Assembly: GCA_964016885.1 (NCBI GenBank)
Contig: OZ024743.1
Location: 307,396,001 to 307,460,000, forward strand
Source: Eledone cirrhosa
Taxonomy: Eukaryota
Length of the DNA stretch: 64,000 bases
Reading direction: 5' to 3'
The stretch's first letter is position 1. Each line of letters begins with the position of its first letter. A program made the translations under genes and the position numbers. The notes beneath the pieces were generated by a model. It did no database searches. It saw only the letters and a list, made by a program, of their open reading frames with translations, and was not told where the DNA came from. Positions 54,762 through 64,000 of the stretch are shown here, one piece after another.

Positions 54762-54921
54762 TATATATGGTCGAATTTGCAGGAGTATATTATAAATCAT
54801 ACTTAAACTCTGATTAGTGTTATATGTTCGTTTAATTATGGTCGAATTTGCAGGAGTATATTATAAAAATAACCTTCTAGTTAACTTCCCCATATCCCCC
54901 GCCCCTCGCCACCATTATTAT

Positions 54922-55115
54922 TTGGTGGATTGGCAGTATCGGTAGAGGGTCGGACGCCATGCTTTGCAGCAAAGAGTTACGGCCCTTTACGGTCTGAGTT
55001 CAAATCCCACCGAGGTTAACTTTGCCTTTCATCCTTACGGGGTCGATAAAATAAAGTACAAGTAATACACTGAAATAATTGCTGGCCTTGTGCCAAAAGT
55101 AGAAACAATTATTAT
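54922..55115 (+). mobile_element. SINE family B
   Basis: Family match. Confidence 0.85.
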
Positions 55116-55349
55116 TTGGCCCAATCATAATTCAGCGGCTTATAATATGTTTCTCTTACCAATCTCTTTCACAAAACTGCCACCTCGGCTATCACTCCTT
55201 AAGTTTAGACCTAGTTGGTTTTGATATGCTAGATGGACTATAGAATTCTGGAGAGTCTGAAGAATCTGGACACTCAAATGACAATGCCAAAGATAAAGAT
55301 AAATTCACCTCATGTTGCCGGATTAGAATGCAAGGACTCCTCTTTATTT

Positions 55350-56202
55350 CGGCCGCAGATGGCTAACATAACCCCATCTCCTTCACCCCTCCCTGCACCT
55401 CCAACCCCTCCTTCTCACCCACCAAACGCAATCCAAAACTTCAGAGTTGGTCCCATGAATGTAGGCACTTTAAAAGGTCGCTCTAACGAGGTTGTAGAGA
55501 TGCTTGAATGTAAGGAAGCTGATGTTTGTTGCGTTCAAGAGACTAGGTGGAGGAGTGGGTCTGCTAGATTCATTGTGGGTAAAAAAACGATGCTATAAAC
55601 TTTTCTGGGTGGGAAATGACAATGGGCTGGGTGGAGTAGGAATTATGTTAACAGAAAAATGAGTAGATAAGGTGATAGATGTAAATAGAGTGAACGACAG
55701 AATAATTAAAATAAGACTTGTCCTAAATAGAACTACTGTGACAATAATATCCGCTTATGCACCCCAATCTGGACTGCCTGGCGTTATAAAAGACAGATTC
55801 TATGAGTCGCTAATGCTCACTACCTCCCAACTAACCAACAGTGACTACATAATTATTGCTGGCGACCTAAATGGTCATGTTGGACAACATTGTGACGGCT
55901 ATGACGGAATCCATGGAGGCTATGGGTTTGATACTAGAAAGGAGGAAGGTTTCAGAATCCTGGAATTCTGTTACGCTAATAACCTAACCATCTGTAACAC
56001 AAACTTCAAAAAATGAGACAATCACTTGATCACCTATAGATCAGGGTAACACGCCAGTCAGATAGATTATATCCTTACCAGAAGAGGTGACAGAATGTCT
56101 GTTGTAAACACTAAATCCCTCACCATGAAGAATGCACCTCTCAACATAGCCTCATAGTTAGCGACCTCATAGTCAGGACGAGACGTACTCGACAACAGAG
56201 GA
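55350..56202 (+). mobile_element. RTE LINE 5' part (APE endonuclease), disrupted
   Basis: NVGTLKG, CVQETRW, SAYAPQ, GDLNGHVG, QIDYIL. Confidence 0.9.
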
Positions 56203-59200
56203 ATGTGATTGACGTTAGATTCTGTACAACTTATAAAATTCAGGGAGTGTTACCACTTAATGGGTGGCCTCCTGCCACTTTCACAGGAGCCTCACAAATT
56301 TGTGCAGGTTTACTTCATGGGTAGAAATGAAACACAGGCACAACAAAGATGTACCAATGTCCATGGTGGATTGCAGTTCTACATAGTCATAAAGTTACAA
56401 GAAATGCTTCACCAACATCACATGTACGTCAGTGTATTTAAATATGCACTGGAGCATATGAACAACACCAGAGATCGTAAAATCATCATTAGGGCAGTCA
56501 AACGCCCAGCTTCAGAACATGAATGCAGATTCAATGCACCTGTCACTGATGAAGTTGCAATCATAATGGTTGATGAACAGCATGAACGACGTGACATTGT
56601 TTTGCAAAAACGAAGTGGACATTTGGAGCGAATTTGTGAAACTCAGAGCCTATGATTCACTCCAATATCCGCTCATCAAGATGGATATCATTTTCAGCTA
56701 CAGCAGATCAGCCCAGGAACGGGACAAGAAACTGGCCGATCAATCAGCTGCAAAGAATTCTATGCCTCGTTTCGTGGTACATGATCACTTCAACCAAGTT
56801 CTGCGATTCAATGAAGTAACCAGCCAGTTCATGGTGGACATGTATGCCAAAATTGAAACAGAAAGATTGGGTTTTCTGCAAAGGAATCAAACTAAGTTGA
56901 GGGCAGATAACTACATCCACCTTAGAGATGCCATCAATTCTGATGTTGACCCAAGAAATATAGGCCAGCCAGTCATACTACCATCAAGCTTCACGGGAGG
57001 AATGCATGAACGTACGCAAGATGCAATGGCCTATGACAGAAAATTTGGTCGGTCAGATCTCTTCATTACATTTACATGCAATTCAAACTGGTCAGAAATA
57101 TCAAATGAATTATTTCAAAATCAAAAACCAAAGGATCGACATGACCTCATTGCTTGGGTTTTTCATGAAAAGCAAAAGAAAAAAACTCATCTGGCTCCTA
57201 AAAGAAGGAAGAATCTTTGGTGAGCTTAGTGCTTGGATGACCACTATTGAGTGGCAGAAGAGAGGTCTTCCTCACTCTCACACACTAATCTGGTGCAAGG
57301 AGTAGATAAGACCAGATGATGTTGATAAGATCATTTCAGCAGAGTTGCCTGGTAAAGGTGGTGATCCAGAGCTCTTTGAAACCATCAAGTCCAAACTCAT
57401 TCATGGTCCATGTGGAGTCATCAATCCAGCCTCTCCCTGCATGAAAGATCAAAAATGCAGCAAACATTATCCTAGAGCTTTTATTCGGGAAACTCGGACT
57501 GACAATAATGGAACCCCCTTTATCGTAGGCGTAGACCAGAACATGGAGGCAATACTACAAGCCTAACAGTTCAAGGAGAGGAGCTGACCATAAACAATCG
57601 TCCCACACAACAAATTGATCACAAAAAGATCATATCAATGTTGAGTATTGCAGCTCCATCAAGGCAATCATATATGTCACAAAATATACCAACAAGGGCA
57701 GTGACATGGCTACCTTTATTACTGACAAAGAACTCAATGATGGTGGGCTGGATGAGGTCAAACAGGTTGATACATCTCCAGCAATGAAGCTATCTGGCGA
57801 ATCTTTGGATTTGATATCCACCAACGCCACCCAACAGTGGTTAACCTCGCAGTCCATCTGGAAAATGGACAGAGAGTGTACTTCACTGAGATCACTGCTC
57901 ATCAGTTGGCATAAGCATCACATGACACTACACTAACTGCTTTCTTTAAACTCTGCCAGAATGATGAATTTGCTCAATCCCTCCTATATGCTGAAGTCCC
58001 AACATACTACACCTGGACCAATTGCAAAACCTGGAATCGAAGAAAGCAGGGTTATTTAGTGGAAGGTCATGAAGTCAAGTCAAGTGATGCTATTGGGCGT
58101 GTTTACAATGTCCATCCCAACAACAGAGAATGTTTTTATTTACAGCTACTTCTGCATACTGTTCAAGGACCAACGACATTTGAGGATCTTAGGTGCTTCC
58201 GAGGAAGGGAGTGCGCAACATACCAAGAAGCGTGTAAACAGCATGGACTCCTGCATAACAATGGACACTGGAAGAAGTACCTAGAAGATGCAGCAATCAC
58301 TCAAGTAGCCAGTCAAATAAGACAATTATTTGCTATTATGCTCACAGCATGTGGAATTGAGGAAGCTCATCTACTCTGGCAGGAGTACAAAGACAATATG
58401 TCGGATGACTATCTACACCTAGCCTGAAGACATCATGGCAATATGTATATGGAATATACCCCCAGGATTTACAATCAAGCTCTCTGTGTCCCATCGAGTT
58501 CAGGCAATGAATAGCACATTAGCTAACTGCGGCATGCCAGAGCCAGATGAAGAAATGGAGGTAGCACAAGACATTTTTCAGGAGACAAACTACGACATTC
58601 AAGCATTGCATAAGTTTGTGGATGAAAATGAACCTTGATTGATGGATGACCAGAAATACGCCTACCACAACATCATCGAAAACATTCAAAATGACAGGGG
58701 AGGACTTTTCTTCATCGATGCTCCTGCTGGCACAGGCAAGACATTCCTCTTAAACCTCCTGCTTGCAAAAGTTCGCCAAAAGCAACATATTGCCCTTGCT
58801 GTGGCTTCAAGTGGCATTGCAGCAACACCTCTGGATGGAGGAAGAACTGCACACTCCATGTTTAAGCTGCCCATAGATCTCACACGGCATGAACAATCTT
58901 TTTGCAACATCAAGAAGAACTCACCCAAGGGCAAGCTTCTGCAAACATGCAAGATGATAATTTGGGATGAAGCTACTATGAACCATAAAGGAGAAATTGA
59001 AGCTTCAGACTGGATGATAAGGGATCTGAGAGAAAATAGTTGCATAATGGGAGGAGTGACAATGGTTCTTGTTGGTGATTTCAGACAAACTCTGCCTGTA
59101 ATTCTTCGAGGGACTCGAGCTGATCAAGTCAATGCCTGTCTGAAAACATCTCATCTCTGGCCCCACTTTCAGCTGCTGAGTCTTACAACCAACATGCAAG

Positions 59201-59211
59201 TGCACTTAACT
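56203..59211 (+). mobile_element. Helitron RepHel internal fragment, disrupted
   Basis: ILPSSFTG, LFITFTCN, HUH motif EWQKRGLPHSH, HGPCG, Y..KY..KG, GTGKT, IIWDEA, GDFRQTLPV. Confidence 0.93.
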
Positions 59212-61690
59212 GGTAGTATAATAAGTAAGGCAATCAAAGATATGAAGACGGGCAAGGCGGCTGGGCCTTCGGATATAGTTGCTGAAATGCTGAAAGCATC
59301 TGGAACGGTGGGACACACTATGGTCACCCGGATAGTAGTAAACCAAGTTATACAGAATGGGGTCGTACCAAAGGACTGGTGTAGCAGCATCATCATTAAC
59401 TGCTACAAGGGTAAAGGAGACGCCCTCGATAGGGGAAACTATAGAGGCATTAAATTAATTGACCAGGTCATGAAGGTCACATAAAAAGTAATAGCGCAAC
59501 TAATCAGAGAGCGAATTAATCTAGATGAAATGCAGTTCGGGTTTGTGTCAGGTAAAAGTACCACAGACGCTCTTTTCATTGTACGACAACTACAGAAGTA
59601 CCTAGCTAAAAGTAAACACTCTACTTAGCTTTTGTAGACCTGGAGAAAGTCTTTGACAGAGTCCCCCGCTCCATTATCTGGTGGGCTCTTAGAAAACTAG
59701 GTGTAGATGAATGGCTTGTCAGAGCTATACAAGCCATGTATAAAGGAACAGTCAGCAAGGTTAGAATTAACAACGAATATAGTGAAGAGTTTAGCGTAAA
59801 AGTTGGTATTCATCAGGGCTCCATCCTTAGCCCCCTTCTATTTATTATCGCCCTCCAAGCTATAACGGAGGAGTTCAAGACCGGCTGCCCATGGGAACTT
59901 CTATACGCAGATGATCTAACGCTCATAGCCGAATCAATGGCTGAACTAGAGAAGAAATTCCAAACATGGAAGCATGGCTTAGAATCAAAAGGCCTTAAAG
60001 TTAACTTGTCTAAGACTAAAGTCCTAATATGTAGGAAGGAGAATAGGGCACTGGTCCCATCTGGAAAATGGCCATGTTCAGTGTGTAGGAAAGGAGTAGG
60101 CAGAAACTCCATTTTATGTCCCAAATGCAAAGTATGGGTGCATAAAAGATGTAGTGGGATCACAGGTAAGCTAACTAAGAATATAGATTTTATATGTGGC
60201 CGGTGCTCTGGTGCAATAAGTAGCAGCAAATGCCCACAGAATACTAGCTCATTCCATTGCCCAGATGGCTCTATAGAAATAGTGGACACCTTCTGTTACC
60301 TGGGTGATAAAATCAGCAGTGGTGGAGGGTGCTCTGAAAGTACTGTAGCTAGAGTCTGAACGGGATGGAAAAAGTTCAGAGAGCTTATACCACTATTGGC
60401 CGCTGAAGGTTTCTCTCTAAAAATAAAAGGCAGGCTGTATGATGCCTGCATACGAACAGCGATGTTACATGGCAGTGAGACATGGGCCTTGTGTGCAGAG
60501 GATCTACGCAGACTGGAGAGGAACGAAGCTTGCATGCTCCGTTGGATGTGTAATAGTAATATACGCGAACGGCAAAGCATAAATGAACTAAGTGAGAAAT
60601 TAGAATAAGAGGGATCAGATGCTGTTTACATGAGAGACGACTACGTTGGTATGGTCACGTGATGCGCATGAAAGATGACAGCTGTATAAAAAAGTGCAGC
60701 ACGATCAAAATAGATGGTAGCCACGGAGTAGGCAGACCCAGAAAAACCTGGGATGACTTGATAAATTCCGACATCACACTTACACCTCTCCAAGACAATG
60801 TCACTGGACCGAGATCTTTGGCACTACACAGTAATACAGAAGACCCGCCTTGCCTAAATCATCATCATCATCATCAACGTTTAACGTCCGTGTTCCACGC
60901 TTGCATGGGTTTGGACGGGGGTAGTCCCACTTGAGGCAAGAGTGATTGTCTTGCTCGCATAGGACTGTCTGGCAGGTTTTCTACAGTTGGATGCCCTTCC
61001 TAACACCAACCACATTTACAGTGTGGGTCTGGGAGGTTTTTACCGTGTTGCCTACACGGCCACATTACAGCGTGGACTGTGTGTTTTTTTGTCGTGACAC
61101 CTACACGATCTCATTTGTTTCGGCCTGGATGGCGCGGCACCAACATAACTTTACATAGAACGGGGTGGTGTGGATGGGGTGGGGGTGGTGGCGGGACGGA
61201 GTGTATTTTGTTAGAGATGCCTACTGGCAAGGCGGGTCTTCTCTGTTACTGAGTACCGCCAAAGGTCTCGGTCCAGTGACATTGTCTTGGAGAGGTGTAA
61301 GTGTGTGAGGTCGGAGTTTATACAAAGCGAAACCTAGTCAGTAGGCACCTCTTAACCAAAATACACCCCCGTCCCAACCCTACCGCCATCTACACTACCC
61401 CTTTCGATGTAAAGCTATGTTGGTACCACAACATCCAGTCCTAAATAAATGAGGTCGTGTAGGTGTCACGACAAAAAGCACACAGTCCACGGTGTAATGT
61501 GGCCGTGTAGGTAACACGGTAAAAACCTCCCAGTCCACACTGTAAACGTGGTTGGTGTTAGGAAGGGCATCCAGCCGTAGAAAACCCGCCAGACAGTCCT
61601 GAGCAAGACAACCAATCTTGCCTCAAGTGGGACAATTCCCGTCCAGACCCATGCTAACGTGGAAAATGGATGTTAAACGATGATGATGAT
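59212..61690 (+). mobile_element. RTE LINE 3' part (RT, Cys/His finger, 3'UTR), interrupted at 60858
   Basis: [32 protein letters not shown]; (ATG)n tail near 61680. Confidence 0.92.
60858..61321 (-). mobile_element. 5'-truncated RTE 3' end inserted antisense into a same-family RTE
   Basis: (CAT)n at left; reverse complement matches 60760-60853 and 61337-61690. Confidence 0.85.
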
Positions 61691-61693
61691 AAT

Positions 61694-61747
<54 letters not shown>

Positions 61748-61748
61748 G

Positions 61749-62085
61749 TCATCATCATTTAACGTCTATCTTCCACGCCAGCATGAGTTTAGACGGGAAA
61801 TACCTTGTCTTGCTCATATGGGAACTGATTCTAGCTTGATTTCTACAGCTGGATGCCCTTCCTAACACCAACCTCATTTACAGTGAGTGCTGGGCGCTTT
61901 TTTTCCGTGGCGCCTACACGTCAACTTTGCAGTGGAATGATAGGGACCCCAGTCCTATCATCTCATTTCTACAGCTGAGTAAACTGGAGCAATGTGAAAT
62001 AAAGTGTCTTCCTCGAGGAAACAACGCATCACCCGGTCCTTTCGATTGCAAGCCCAGTGCTCTAACCACTAAGCCATGCACCTTC
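61749..62085 (-). mobile_element. SINE family A variant (alternative RTE tail, head deletion)
   Basis: Family match. Confidence 0.85.
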
Positions 62086-62339
62086 ACAACCAGCATGAAT
62101 CGATTCAGCCATCTCGGAATTCAGTCAGAGCCACCCGGGTTTTAATGTACTAGCTTCACACCACTCTACTGTTATTAGCTGTCAACCGATCATTAAATCA
62201 ACATCATGAATATATATATATATATAATATATATGCAAGCGTTGAAGATGGACGTTAAATGATGATGATGATGATATATATATATATATATTATATATAT
62301 ATAAACATATATATATTATATATATATATTATATATATG

Positions 62340-62915
62340 GTGATTAAGGTCTGGTAGACTGATTGTTTTATCTTAATGGAAGTGATGCGGCTATAGAGAA
62401 ATGCTGGGACATTCATGATGTTGATTTAATGATCGGTTGGTCGGTTGACAGCTAATAACAGTGGAGTGGTGTGAAGCTAGTACATTAAAACCCGGGTGGC
62501 TCTGACTGAATTCCGAGATTGCTGGATCGATTCATGCCAGTTGTGGTTTAAAGTTAGAGTACTTGGTAGCTGCTTTGTGCCTACAGAAAATTGTTCGTTC
62601 TATCTTGTTGTTAAGCAGCATTTTATCATACTTTAAAATATGGAGCAGTTCTATATTGCAAAGTCTGCAGTGGGACATACCATTTTTGTAGGCCCTTACA
62701 CCCGATAACTTCGACCAGCTAATCTCATAATCCTAGTTGATGTCCTTAAGCTGCCAGATCTTATTGGCCAGCGTCGTCGAGTTCTCTAGTCTACGGTTTT
62801 TTATAGAATGCCAATGCACATACCATCTTTTTTTGAAATCCCACAGCTGTAGAACCTATGTAGTGCCATGCTAGGTTGCCTGATTTGATAGTACACAGGT
62901 ACACTATACTTGATT
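62340..62915 (-). mobile_element. Penelope/Naiad GIY-YIG fragment plus start of 3' region
   Basis: Minus-strand translation IVYLCT..HYIGSTA, STTLANKIWQLK, HCRLC, LLNNK, FCRH. Confidence 0.8.
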
Positions 62916-62924
62916 CTAGGCATT

Positions 62925-64000
62925 GTACAAGAAACCCAAACTGGAGAAGGAAGCTAACCCCTTTACAGGAGAAGAAAACCTGGGCATAGTGGATTCACTT
63001 CAATAAAAAAAATGAGAAATGGGCAAGAATTCATCATTGACAATCAATGAGTTGTACCCTACTGTCCTCTTCTTACAAAAACTTTCAAAGCCAGCCCATA
63101 TCAATGTTGAATTCTGTAACTCTGTTAAGTCTATTAAGTATGTTTGCAAATATATAAACAAAGATTTAGATGCTGCAACATACACTCTTATGCAGATTGT
63201 CAGTCAGCAGATAAATAAAAATGACAAAGTTGTACAGTATGAGAGAGGAAGATACATCAGTACCAATGAGGCTTTTTCACGCATCTTCAATTTTCCCATT
63301 CATGAGAGACACCCAGCCATCATTCATCTGAGTGTCCATCTAGAGAATGGCCAAAACAAACAAACAGCCTTGCAACAAACACTTTCTCCAAAAGAAACTA
63401 CCCTTACTGCATTTTTTAAATTGTGTCAAGAAGATGAAGATGCAAGAAAATGCCTTTACTTAGAATTACCCAAGTATTATACCAGGAGAAACAATAATTG
63501 GCACAAGAGAGAATGTGGGGCTGACGCTCTTGCAAAAGTTTAGTGTCCACCCAAGCCAAGCAGAATTCTACTACTTACGGCTCCTTTTGCTTGAAGTACG
63601 TGGTCCCAAATCATTCCAAGATTTGAGGAGAGTAAGTGGTCATGTGTGTGAAACTTATAGGGAAGTATGCTATCAACAAGGTTTTTTAGAAAATGATGAG
63701 CATTGGGACCTTGCATAGACTGAAACAGCAATGTCAGATTCTCCAAGGAAGCTCCATAACCTTTTTGCAATTATGCTGAACATGTGTCAACTTGGCAGTC
63801 ACCTACAGCTTTGGATGAAACGCCATGAGGACATGGCTGAGGAATTAAAGTATGCAGTTCATCAGGCAAACTTAGATATCAATACTCAGTTCTCTGAAAA
63901 AAATTTTAACCAAGCACTGATTGAAATTGAGGATCAAGTTTTGGCCATGGGAGGCAAAAATTTGCAAGAATCTGTCTCTGGACTGCCAAAAACAAACCAT
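62925..64000 (+). mobile_element. Helitron RepHel fragment (runs off window)
   Basis: HINVEFCNSVKSIKYVCKYINK, RYISTNEA, LSVHLENGQ, YYLRLLL..VRGPKSF. Confidence 0.9.

Noticed and set aside
54768-54867. 30-bp direct repeat ATGGTCGAATTTGCAGGAGTATATTATAAA
   Set aside because: Only two copies 70 bp apart; a local duplication with no supporting context

Overview
Eukaryotic, AT-rich window made almost entirely of transposable-element debris and (TA)n/(TATG)n microsatellites; no host gene is recognisable. The SINE and RTE repertoire suggests an octopus-like cephalopod (inference). Contents: two head-to-tail L1-Tx1 LINEs (1-10.1 kb), many RTE/BovB-type LINE fragments, several Penelope-like elements of Naiad type (RT + GIY-YIG), Helitron RepHel fragments and non-autonomous Helitrons, and two tRNA-headed SINE families. 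Reading the sequence by eye gives nine type I hammerhead ribozyme motifs, including CCGAAGA and UUGAGAA core variants. The main highlight is a 15.5-copy, near-identical 615-bp non-coding tandem array (43.15-52.67 kb). Each unit carries an atypical hammerhead-like motif. A diverged, circularly permuted relative at 36.2-36.9 kb also sits in (TA)n and stops at the same right-hand breakpoint. Together these suggest a retrozyme-like element copied from a circular or multimeric RNA, possibly by Penelope RT; this is a hypothesis, not demonstrated.
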